NCBI GenBank assembly: GCA_965655095.1
Contig: OZ296648.1
Span: 13,392,001-13,456,000, forward strand
Direction of reading: 5' to 3'
DNA length: 64,000 nucleotides
From: Haplodiscus bocki
Taxonomy: Eukaryota
Position 1 is the stretch's first letter. Each line of letters opens with the position of its first letter. This document shows, in pieces, positions 13,892 through 24,940 of this stretch. Position numbers and translations under genes: made by a program. The notes below the pieces were generated by a model. The model was not told where the DNA came from, did not search any database, and saw nothing but the letters and a program-made list of their open reading frames with translations.

Positions 13892-14315
13892 TCTAACGTT
13901 AGCAACGTTCTTGTTTTATTTCAGAGTTTCAAAATTCGCATAAGGCGAGAGCGGTTTTAAATCAATGAAATCTACTTTGAGCTTTTATGTTCTTTTGGAT
14001 GCGGGTTCACCGAGTGGATTCCAACGAAGTTTTCAGCAGTTTCAACCAAAAAGGTTGAGCTTCAGTAGTCAACTTTATTATTCAATATCCAATTTTGTAG
14101 TGCTCAAAGTTAAAGATTATCTCGTGTTTATATACAAAGGTTTAAAGTTCATTAGTTTATCATAATCAGTTAACAAGGTATTTATTATTATTATCTTTCT
14201 CAGGCATCTTTCTGGCGCCCAATTAAGTTGTTAGTTTTACTTAAGATAACATTCCTGGGTCTCTTTCTGATATAAGCTTCTTGCTTCAGCTATCATCGTA
14301 ACATGGAATGCGACA
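13892..14315 (-). repeat. 3' LTR of element 1
   Basis: Direct repeat of 26747-27170 with about 17 mismatches counted by eye. Abuts the PPT. Confidence 0.96.
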
Positions 14316-14329
14316 CTACCCTCCTTTCT
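14316..14329 (-). other. Polypurine tract of element 1
   Basis: AGAAAGGAGGGTAG immediately 5' of the 3' LTR in element orientation. Confidence 0.85.
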
Positions 14330-14811
14330 GTCATTTCGCCGCCGCTGGAGAGGTCCCGATGTTGGAAAAGGCGAAGGAAGGAGTGCACAGGAGGTTGAAG
14401 GTTGAACCATTTGCCAATAGTAGTGGGGGTACATCCATGAATAAATTTTACAAGAAGCAAGAGCCATGTGGGGGTCCCAGAAAGAAAGCAAGTTATGTAT
14501 TCCAATACTTTTGAAGTGTGAAGTATCCAGAGAAGTTGAGGATTCTCTATCCGAAATATGTCCCAGAAGATCCGAAGTATAAAATGTTGAAAGTTTTGCC
14601 AGCACACAGCCATTCAGTCCAAAGAGGAATCTTATGTATTTGAGAAACATAAATATGCACTTACAGTTTGAGTGATAGAAAAAAATGATTTCAGCTTAAC
14701 AATCAAAGAAAAGAAAAATTCATGATTAAACATTTGAATAGAACAGGAAAGAAGATGTGGTCGCTTTTCCAAGGATTGGAGCGGATCGCTGAAAATTGAG
14801 TGTTGTGTGTT

Positions 14812-17174
14812 TTATCCGGGATGCTGACCCGGGGGAGCCATTGCTGTCATAACATTCGCCTGAGAAGGCGGAGAAGGCGCTTGAACGTAAATGACACCTT
14901 CTTGTAGAACAGTATCGTAAGAAGGGCATTGAATATGCTTGACTGCGGGGAACTTGTTGCTTCTTGAACTTACCATACTAATTTCTGAAGCAGTGCGTTT
15001 GAAACCGTGGCCTGCTACATTTAAAGCAGTGTCCGAAGTGGGTTCTCTGTCATCTGTCAACGTCGACAGAGAAATTGCGCGTTTGATTTTTTCTCGTCCA
15101 GGGACAAGAGAGTTTTTAGGACAAAAGAGACCGCACCATAAAGGTGTCTCGCGATGTTTAAGTTTATAACGATGATAGATGCAGACAAAAAGCAATTGAA
15201 GTACCATTGATCCCAAGAATGATATCAGACTCATTAAAAGGGAATTCTTGATGGACAAGTGAGAATCGGATTCTTTTGAAAGGGACGGACGCAGTTGAGT
15301 CATTTTGGAACTTATCGGACGTGCTATTTCCGAAAGTTTTTCCGGGTCTTGCATTTTAGGGCTGTCAATTAAATGCTCTCGGACTTCTTTCAGCATTGCA
15401 ATTCCAGCTGCCGATTTTGTCGAAAAGTAAGGCATATCATCTACTTCTGGAAGTTCACTCCAGAGCTATTTCAACGGATCTGGGAATTTTACCTTAATTT
15501 TAATTGCCGGAAGCTGTTCGCAAGTACTCAGGTCCGATCGAATTTTGATGTGTGGACCTACTAACGGCTTTCCACATTCCAGTGTGATAATGCAGACGCT
15601 GCATCCAGGATATTTGATGATTCCCGATGAGGTAGTTGAGGCTGTGTCGGATTCAAATGTAGTATAAGCAGTGGTTGCAGACGTTATAAGCCAAACTCCA
15701 ATTCCTAAGTTTTCTGCTTTTTCCGTCGCTGGAAGGGCAATTTGTTCTGTATCGCATATCTGTAATGCTTCTACGCTGCTTTTGAAGAAAAGGGTTGCTA
15801 AACAAGATCCATGTCTTGTTTCTGTGGCAATCATGTCTAGGCATAATTGATGCCTTGATGATCCAATGAATCGTGAGAGATCATTTCCTGTCAGATAGGC
15901 TATTTCCATGTTATCTTCTGAAATCGCTAAATATGGCGCTTCTAATTTCCATTTGATTGCCAAGTCCGGTTCCAGTTGAGGCATAGGAACCGCAATTGAA
16001 CGAAAAACTGTAAATGCAGTTTGTTTTGATGCCAAAGGAATGGCAATTCGCCTTACTAGTCCTTGGTCTACAGTAATGACATCTCGTAAAAGTCGTGACT
16101 CATAATAGGATATTCTTTCATCCATTGGAATTGCTAAAGAACGTCTATCCTTGGAGCGACTTTGTTCGGCTGCGACATTCTCTAGAATGGTCAAGAGCGA
16201 TTGTCTAGGAACAAGCGACATTGGCAAATAATGGTTCAGAATCGGTTGAATTGAGTTCATCATATTAATACGGTACGTGTAAATGGCGCCTCGATAACTT
16301 TTTATATTTGCGAAAGTAATAGCAAGCAAGGAAGAAATAGTGTCATAATTGAAATTGATCTGCTGGCGAGAGAAAAGTAACTGATCACAATCTCGCAAGA
16401 CGTGAATATTATCTTGAATTACTTTAAAGTGCTCTTCAATGATTTGCCAGTTACATTTTAGAACTTCAAGCATTTCCTTTTGAACGGATTTAATTGCAGC
16501 AAGTTCGGACATAACCAAAACAAATCTATCGTTCAATTCGTTTCGTAATAAGAAAACATCTTCTTTTAAAGCTTCTGTGAAGTCAGCGAGTTTTTGTATA
16601 TTTTCTGCATTCCTTTTGGATTTATCATGCCAAGAACCTAAATTTCCTTTAATTCCACAGATTCTTCCTCCAAGTGCGATTCCGGATCCAAATAATCCGA
16701 CTGAAGCAAGCGCCATCATTGCAAGAGGCGCTGCCCTCGGTGAGCGATGAACACCCTGTGCTGCTGCTTGTTCATAATTCAAAAAAGACGAAGTGTAATT
16801 GCGAACAGCGGCAAGCTCTTGCTCAGCAAGGGTAACTTCATTCTCAACTTGGTGAAAAAGCCAATCAACATCAAAAGTTGAATCGTTTTTCTGAAAATTT
16901 GTCGAGTATTCCAAATGACACTGCCAGCTAGGGGAAGTCCAGAGCTTTCCAAGTTTTTCTATTTAGGCACCTAATTCGGCACGTAAGTCAAGTTCAAACT
17001 TTGGAAAGGGGACTAGAAAGTCAACGTTGATGAATTTTTCAGCCAATAAAATTTTGGTAACATGATTAAAGATGATGTCGTTTTGAAGTACTGCGCCGTG
17101 TTCTTGTTCTGGGATGATATCCGAAGTCCATTTCACTTGATCCGTGAGAATTGTTGCAATGATTGTCAAAAGCA
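14812..17174 (-). pseudogene. env: env: class I fusion (F-like) glycoprotein, ~790 codons, with in-frame stops
   Basis: ORF pieces 16963-17175, 15466-16914 and 14812-15435 are in one frame, and their stops are sense codons in element 2. Furin-type RSPR|AAPLAMMALASVGLFGSGIALGG fusion peptide, heptad region, Cys-rich ectodomain, TM LLMSLISFLGSMVLQLLFVCIY and a long cytoplasmic tail. Starts after the acceptor TTTTTTCGTTTTCAG. Confidence 0.88.
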
Positions 17175-18074
17175 CTGAAAACGAAAAAAGTTTCTAAGCG
17201 TCCGAATAAAATTGTCCATTGAAAAGAAGAGTATAAGTAGAATAATGTGGGTCTAGCATCTTTTTGTTGTTTTTACGCTTGTGTTTGTGTAGCTTTTTTT
17301 CTATTGTGAGGTACGTTGTGAATTCAAGGTAGTTAGTCCTCACCGGTTAGTAGTCTGTACTTTTGTAAGTTGAAATACAATGCCAACGGAGACGATATTT
17401 CAACGGGTTTGTCTTTGTTGCGAAGTACCTGTTACATCCATTTTCGTTCTCTATTTAGTGGTGTAATATAATGTCAATTTTTTTCTTATAAAATCTCATT
17501 TCAGAGGCCGAGGTAGAAATTAGAAATTGGTCTCGCTCAGTGTAAAGGAACCTTAATTTGGTGAAGAGCACCTGGGTTTGAAGGGAAACTTCCTACGGTA
17601 CAATCGTATTCTGGGCGATTTTTGAATTTCTAGCAAAGAGTTGAAAAAACTTAGCTGGAAAAAAATTTTTTTTTCTCTTCCGTGCTAACCTCTCACGAAA
17701 TGCAAGTGGGAGCGTTTGGTTTGGTTAATTATGTTGAACGAAACGTGGGCTCAATCGAAAAGGCAGTTTGCTAGGCCGGAATTCTATCATGGCGAATTTT
17801 TGAATTTCGATGTCAAAATTGAAAAAAAGGACAAAAAAATGGTCAATGAGACTGAAAAAATTTATAGCATCATGGTTGATGGTCTTTTTGTTCAAGCTAT
17901 ACGAGGCCAAAGAACTGAATACGTCCGTCTGCATTTAGTCAGGGGGTTGTGGTTACCAGTCAACAATTCTATCAGTGTCAAGGTTTTGTTTTTTTTGTTT
18001 GTTTTTTTTTGAAATTTCCAGCTGTTGCCGATTCGAGTTTTGACCTAGAAGTCCGTTGTTGAACATATGGTTCT

Positions 18075-18548
18075 TCATGTCGACAAAAGTTAGGAGAAGA
18101 AAAAGGAAAGAAGAACGATGCTCAAATTATCAAGGAAATTTCGTCTTGATTACCTATTTTGTCCAATTATACATTGAGTTAGTTTGTCCGTGATATGAAA
18201 GTTTTGAAAGTGGTGAGTATTTGCTATGACTTGTTGAAACATTTGTTATTCACGGCTTCTTGGTCCCATTTCCTCCATTCAAACCATTTAGGCGACCGCT
18301 TCTAGATCATCTAAGGGTCTATATTGTGCAGTTTCAAGCAGGCAGTTCCATTCATTCGTGTCTGGATATAAAAAAAGGTCGTCGAGGAGCAGTGTGTCGC
18401 CTTCCCAGTAGCTGATTGTGACAATCAGTGGGGGGTCCTGGAAAGGGGTCCAAAGATCATGGACTACCACATAGGGGTACGTGTCGCAAAGTTTTTCCTG
18501 GAGAAAAAGTTTCCAAAACAGGTTGTTCATGGTTGTTCAGAGTTCCAT
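18075..18548 (-). pseudogene. Accessory ORF-C of element 1 (157 aa consensus), unknown function
   Basis: Same 474-nt length and shared terminal TGA as 43430-43903 in element 2. Internal stops lie at different codons in the two copies. Confidence 0.75.
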
Positions 18549-18692
18549 GTGGTCGTTGAAGCGTTTGAGATTGGTTTTGGTATGCAGATTCATATAACTG
18601 ACGAAAATATGCAACTTTAGTATGAAATTGTTTTACTTGTGAATTCTTAAGGTTCAAAATGCGATGTGATCAAGATAAGGTCACTTGTCACT

Positions 18693-18998
18693 TTACAAGA
18701 CAGTGAAGAACAAATTGCGTCGCTGTGGCTGGTCTTCCTCAATTAGCCCTTGTACAAATTGTTCGAGGTGGGCCGAGTCAGCAAATTGACTTGCTGAATC
18801 AAATATTGCCCTCCATTCGAATCTTTGAGGAACAATTTCCAATATTTCGTGGGTCAAGATTTGATGCCGATAACGCTGTGTATACAACACAAGTCTAGGA
18901 GGCAGCAAAAATGCTCGATCAATATGTTTGATGGTAATGCTATCGAAGATTTCACAGGTCAGAACTCGATGAGCGAATGGCCAATATAAATTGTTCAT
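18693..18998 (-). CDS. Accessory ORF-A of element 1 (101 aa), unknown function, paralog of ORF-C
   Basis: Open ORF MNNLYW...NLFFTVL. A conserved homolog in element 2 (44049-44350) ends QRRNLIFTVL at the same stop. Confidence 0.75.
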   Translation of the reverse strand: MNNLYWPFAHRVLTCEIFDSITIKHIDRAFLLPPRLVLYTQRYRHQILTHEILEIVPQRFEWRAIFDSASQFADSAHLEQFVQGLIEEDQPQRRNLFFTVL

Positions 18999-19189
18999 CG
19001 TTGCAACTGATTTTGAGCGTGAGTTAATTTCAAATGTGAAGTAGGCGTCCTTTTGATTGACTACTGATAAGAAGCTGAATTAGTTACTTTGCCAGACTGT
19101 TGGCGCCAATGAACTGATAAGAATTTAAGCAAATATGTCAATCTTTTGGTGACAGTTCAGAGTTCGGTGTGTCACTTCTAATTAGATTG

Positions 19190-22100
19190 TCAAGGGGGCG
19201 GATTTTGCAGTAACCCTTCAAAAGCTAACTTGCGAGCAGTGCACATATGGATTAATCTTCTATTTGCTTCTTCGTCCTTGTCGTACTCTTCAGCAATTAT
19301 AAAATTTTCATTCAATGGATTGCTGTGCCATTTTCGCAGAAGAAGTTTTACACAAATTCCACTGTGTCCAAATATGTGAAATATGTCAGTCAATACTTTT
19401 GTCCATTCGAGTTTGTCTAATCCACACCCAATTTGCGGTAAGCTATTTTCTGTTATTCCGTGTTCTAACATTTGACTTTTCATTCTACATTGGCTTTTAT
19501 GTAAATTTTGGTATCTAGGCTTATCATTGCCGTGCTGTTTTCTCACTAAGTTATATATCCAGTTCTGTCGTTGTTGAGAAAAATGTGCTATAAGAGAACC
19601 GGGCGGTAAAAACATTTTTTTTGTCGAATGTCGTTCAAATCAGGGAACAATCTCAAAAAATGTGTAGCTGCTTCCTGCTGCCATTACTAAATCAGAAGAT
19701 ACGCAATGTCCAAAATTAGTGTGAGGGTTTTCGAACAGATCTCCGTGTAAAAATTCAATTTTTGGTGGAAGTAAAATACTTTCAAAATCATTAGAGAATT
19801 GGTTGAACTGGAAATTAGGTGAATGGACATCAAAAGAGGATGGCGGTTGACCTCTATTTGATCGAATTGGATAACGGTTTTTCAGAATCAATTTTCTTGG
19901 TATTCGCGTTAAATTTAGAGCTGAGGGTGTTGATTTTACTAGTTTTTGTCGCGTAGTAGATGCGATGTTCCGTAACATAGTTCTTTTCGTGTCTACTGAC
20001 GGTGGAGTCGTGGCTTGTTGCTCAAAATAAGCATAATAGCCCTTTTTCGCTGAATCTTGTCGCGACGGAATTCCGCGATGATAATCATATTGATCAAATC
20101 GAATTCTCTGCGATGCTGCAGGGGTTGATTGTGCACTGCTACTTTTTATCGGTATCCGAGATTGTCTAGGTTTTGCTTGTGTATCAGCCAGTTCTGTTCT
20201 AGTCAATGATATTTCTTGATTTGGGTTTGGTTTAGGGGACACACCGGACTCAAGACTGTCAAAGTGTACCTGGACTGGAGCTGCTGGTTGAAGAAGCTCT
20301 GGATGGAGCTGATTTCCAACCTCTTCAAGTGGAGCTGGTTCAGGTGCGGGTTGTAGTGGCGGATATTGGTGCTCCTCTGGCACTGCATTTTGTGCTTCGA
20401 GGTGTACGTCCTCTCTAGGTGCGGCTGGAACAACTGCTGCACCTCCAATGACATATTCTACCTCATTATTGTTCTTCGAAATATGTTTGTCAATATTAGG
20501 GTCATAAAATTTACCTTCTCGTATTAAGTCTTCCTGAGCGTCATCGAACATTTCATGCTCCGACCTGTATTTTCCTAAACTAGGGTCGGGTTTGAAGTCA
20601 TCCACAGTTAATTGGATGTCCACAACCTGACAATTAGGTGTAATAGGTCGCAAACGGTTTCGCTGAACCCATTGTGTGTACGGAGTACCAACTTTTCTAA
20701 TTAAATAAATGGATTTTGTTAATAATTTCTCTACTCTGTACAGAGAAAGCCAAATGGTTTTTGATTTTGCGGCAAAATCAATTTGTGTAAGTAGACATGA
20801 GTTCAACAATAAGCAATAATGATGTTGCATCAAAGGTTTTGCAGCTGCTTTTTTGTCATAATAAGTACGATATTTGTGATACGCATCCAATAGTCTCAGT
20901 TTTGTATGTGAAAATTGTTCTAGTAATGAATCTTGCAAGTCGACTAAGTAGTCAGACGTTAGTTCTTTTTGAGCTAATGCATGGCTTCTAAAGCGTAAGT
21001 CAATTGGTTTAAAGGGTTCACGTCCGTGGAACAATGAGCTAGGAGTACAGCCAATTGATGAATGATACGACGTGTTATGGATAAAGGTGGCTAAGTCAAC
21101 GTATCTATACCACGTTGTCCAATCTTCATCAGTGTTGAGTTTCAAAATTCGTTTCAATGCTGCTTGTGATCTTTCAACAACTCTGATTGTTTGTGGGTGC
21201 TTCAATGAAGCATGTTCCAGTTGTATTTCAAGAAGTTTTGATAACTCATGAATCAATTCTGCAACAAAACTGGTACCTAAGTCAGATAGGATTTTAGTAG
21301 GAATGTAACTGTGTTGAAAAACTATCGAAACTAAAGCTTTTGCAACTGTACCTGCATGTGCAGATGTTAAAGGAACTGCGAAAAGGTATTTGGAGAAAAC
21401 GTCTATTCCTGATAACACATATTTGTAAACTGGTGATTGGACTGGTCCAACTAAGTCTATTTGCATCATGTCACCCGGGAAAAGTTGTTCGGATGAAATT
21501 GGTTGAAGCGTGGGTGCAGTTATTTTTTGGTGACTCTTTTGAGAATCGAGCAAGAAAGGCAATTTTTGATGTAGTCAATCAAATATTCTGAAAATCCAGG
21601 AAAATAGAATCGTTTGCGAAATACTTTCGCTGTTATAACAATACCAAGATGTTTTCCTGTGGGGGAATTATGTATTCTGTAACTGACTTCTTTTCGCAAT
21701 AGTTTCGGAACACAAACTTGTGAGTATGATTTTTTTCCAATATTGTCAAAAAATTGTCGTACTAAAATCCCTTTTTATTTGTCTAGTCTCATCAAATGTT
21801 TGTGATACTTTTTGAGTTCAAATGAAGCGTAGGTTAGGTCATCAGTACATCCATTTTCAATCCATTCCATCACTTTTCTAACCACTGGATCTTTTTTCTG
21901 TTCCTCTGGGATATTCAAAGGTTTAGCGTTTGTAGTTGAAGTTTCAAAGTAGTCCAAAGGATCATCTTGCTGAATTGAATTGATTTCTGGTGCACGTTTT
22001 ATGAGATAACCTTCTGAAATGGTATCTTTTGATGCAGATGCCAAGAATCAGTCAAAAGAGGAATTAGGTTTTGTAAAGCATGATTCGAGTTGATGGTCTT

Positions 22101-24940
22101 TATAATATCTTCTGATAGAAGGTGAGGCTGGGGTTCTCCTTGTTCTGGTTGATCAGATTCTATTGCTAACATCGAGGCATCAAGGGTTTTCGCTTTCATG
22201 TCTATCTCAATTTCTTTCATTGGGATGGATTCGTGAAGTTGTAACTCCAAGCTTTGAGTTGGATCTGTTTGCATTGGCGATAGAAAATCTGCTGCGGCAT
22301 TTGCTCGACCAGGAATGTGTGCAAGAACTATATTGTAGGCAATGACTCTGTCCATGAAATTCCACAATGCTGGTTGAAGTGACTTTGATTGAGAACAACT
22401 CGTCAAGCTTTTGTTGTCTGTTAAGATAATTACTGGTTTTTCAGCTCCCCAAATGAAGTGAGAGAAATACTGTAGCGCAAAATAAAGAGCTAGAAATTCT
22501 TTGCAATACGTAGACATTTTTAATTGACTTGCATTAAATAACTGTGATCCGTAAGATACAGGTGCGTATGCTTGTTTTTTCTTCCTGTCTTTTTGTTCTA
22601 GGTAGTCTTTAATCATTAGGACAAATCCGCTACTATAATAACTTGCGTCACACAGAATTACATACTGTTGTCCTGGTTTTGCTGAACTTAAGGTAGTTTC
22701 AGTTGCTTTGAGCAAATCTTTCTTTATATTGTCAAAACTTTCCAAGTATTCATCTTTGAGAATAATTTCTACATCTTTTCTAAAAAATTTGTACCATGGC
22801 ATCAAGTTTTGTGCTAGATTTGGAAGAAATGGCCGGAAAAATAATGTAAAACAAACTAATCTTTTCACTTGTTTTACAGTAGTTGAAAGTTTTATTGTAT
22901 TCAGAAACTTTTGAATTTTTTCTTTCTCTGGTTGAAGTCCCTTTGGTGTTATCGTGTTGCCAAGAAAATTTATTGAAGGCATTCCAAATTCACATTTACG
23001 TGGTGTCAATCTCAATCCTGATTTTCTAAGGCAATCAAAGATTTGTCGCAATGTGGGTACCATTTGTTCAAATGTCTCCACTCCGCATCCGATATCGTCC
23101 ATAAACTGTGTACATAAGTTGGCTGCTAGACAGGAATCCAGATAAAATCTGACAAATGAGCTAATTCCTGTCATCGATTTGTTTAATCCTTGTGCTAATC
23201 TCGTGTAGGCGTAGGTTCGTGAGGCAAAGTTAAACGAAAGTAGTTGCACTGATAAGGGGTCTGCCATTTGCACACAGTGATAAGCTTGAGAGCAATCTAA
23301 CTTTGTAAACAAAGTCTTTCCTGCAAAGTGATGAACGGCGTCTGTCATATTTGATATCGGAATGTTTTTGTTACTGTAATCATTCCGAAGGAGATGATTA
23401 ACTCGTCTAAGATCAATCAAAATTCTCAGTTTCCCTGATGACTTGCGTTGAGCAAATATGGGACTACTATATTTACAAATTGGGAGGAGCGTGATGATAC
23501 CATAATAGTGCATGAGGGCGAGTTCAACTAAGATTTCCTCTCTCAAATGAATTGGTGTTGGTGGACTTTGTACGTAAACTGGTAAATCATGCGCTGGAAT
23601 CAATTTGACTTTCAATTCAGTATTTTAGCCAACATCAAATCTATGTTATGCAAAAATATCATTATGTTCAACTAATATTTCTTGCCTTCCTTGAATCTGA
23701 TCTGCTGTCAGAGCAGACTTTGACCGATCAAATTGTTTTAAAAATGTTTCTCGATCTCCGGAATTCTGTTGAGGATCTAAAGTATGTCTTTGTTGTAACT
23801 CTGTAATGTTATCGTAAATTTTTCTCTGTAAACTGGGCAATTTTTCAGGATTGGGACAGGTTTCCGGCGTTGGAAACCAAATTTTGTCGTAGTCCGTTGG
23901 TGGACGTTTCGGTTGATTTTTGCCATGTACTTTTCCTGTACTCAAAATTTGATTTACACTTTTGAAAATTTCTCCATCTTTCATTTTGTCCAAGGCTGAA
24001 AGATCTGGACCAATTTCAATCAATTCCTCTTCATCCTGGGGTGAAAGGAATTGGAAAACCGCAATTTGTTTGTTTTTTGTAAACGTTACATCATGTTCAT
24101 GCAAGCTAATTGATATAATTGATATGTTGTTTTCTTTGCCAACTTTTACTACGGCTGACGAGGGCTTTAGGTCTGTGTTTTCCTCAAATGCTTCATCGGG
24201 AATTACAATTCCTGTATGACCTTCCAGTTTCTTTGGAACATCGATTTTTGCATAAAGAATTTCTTGTTGCTGAGGTTTGATTACAATTTTTTGTTGTATG
24301 CAGACAGGATATTTCGTTTTTGGAATTTTCTTCCTGCCATGACTAGAAATTTTGATTTCATTTGATTGGTAAGTCATGTCCGAGAGTTTGAGTAAGTTTT
24401 CTCCAGGACTTATCTCAATATTGTATTGTTTGAAAAATGGGTTGCCTAAAACAACACTGTTCATTGAAGGTAAAATAAAGAAAACGTCGTCGAATTGATG
24501 CTCATTAATGTTGAATTTGACGTTCACGTGTGCTAATACTTTTACTGTACGTCCTGATGCTACTTTCACATTTAAAAGTGATGCTTGTTGTAATTCTGAA
24601 ATGGAGTTTGGGCATTGTGTTTTTAATTTTTCATAAAAGTCTACTGGCATTGCATTTGCACATGCTCCAGTGTCGATGAGTGCTTTTCGGCGAACATCGT
24701 TTTCAATTTTTAATGGAGCATACATCAAATTCTCTCCTTCAGCTGAAATAAGAATTTTAAGTGTGTTTGAATGGGTTTCTTCTGACAGTGACTGATCTGT
24801 CAATGAAGCTGTGAAAATAGCGTCAAAATCTAGAACTGAGACTTCATTTGAAGAGTATAAGTTATTAAAATTAGGGTCATAAATATCTGAGTTTTGTAAG
24901 TTAATTGGACTGGCTGGTATGTGTGTGGCTTTAAGCGTTT
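19190..24940 (-). pseudogene. pol: pol of element 1: protease, RT, RNase H, integrase, low-complexity linker, macrodomain (decayed)
   Basis: PR ALIDTGA; RT LRILIDLR, KLDCSQAYH, FMDD; RNase H LCDAS...EFLA...LTDNK; IN H..H..CLSC, IDLVGP, SDLGTSF, VERS. Split over ORFs 23646-24971, 21999-23615, 21775-22044, 19640-21562 and 19190-19615. Confidence 0.95.
19340..19770 (-). other. TARG1/OARD1 (Poa1p-like) macrodomain at the C-terminus of Pol, element 1
   Basis: IEFLHGDLF...GHCVSSDLVMAAG (in frame with integrase), then after small indels WIYNLVRK...KPRYQNL...SLPQIGCGLDKLEWTKV...IF...GICV. Confidence 0.9.

Noticed and set aside
14237-14650. ORFs on both strands between env and the 3' LTR (also 36546-36938 and 36635-36910) as a further accessory gene
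   Set aside because: Substitutions between the two copies are spread over codon positions (about 4/8/9 in the segment compared) and the frames differ by indels, so no frame is clearly under selection.
18457-18657. ORF between ORF-A and ORF-C (and ORF 44351-44551 after pol)
   Set aside because: Non-ATG starts, and the frame is not maintained in the other copy.
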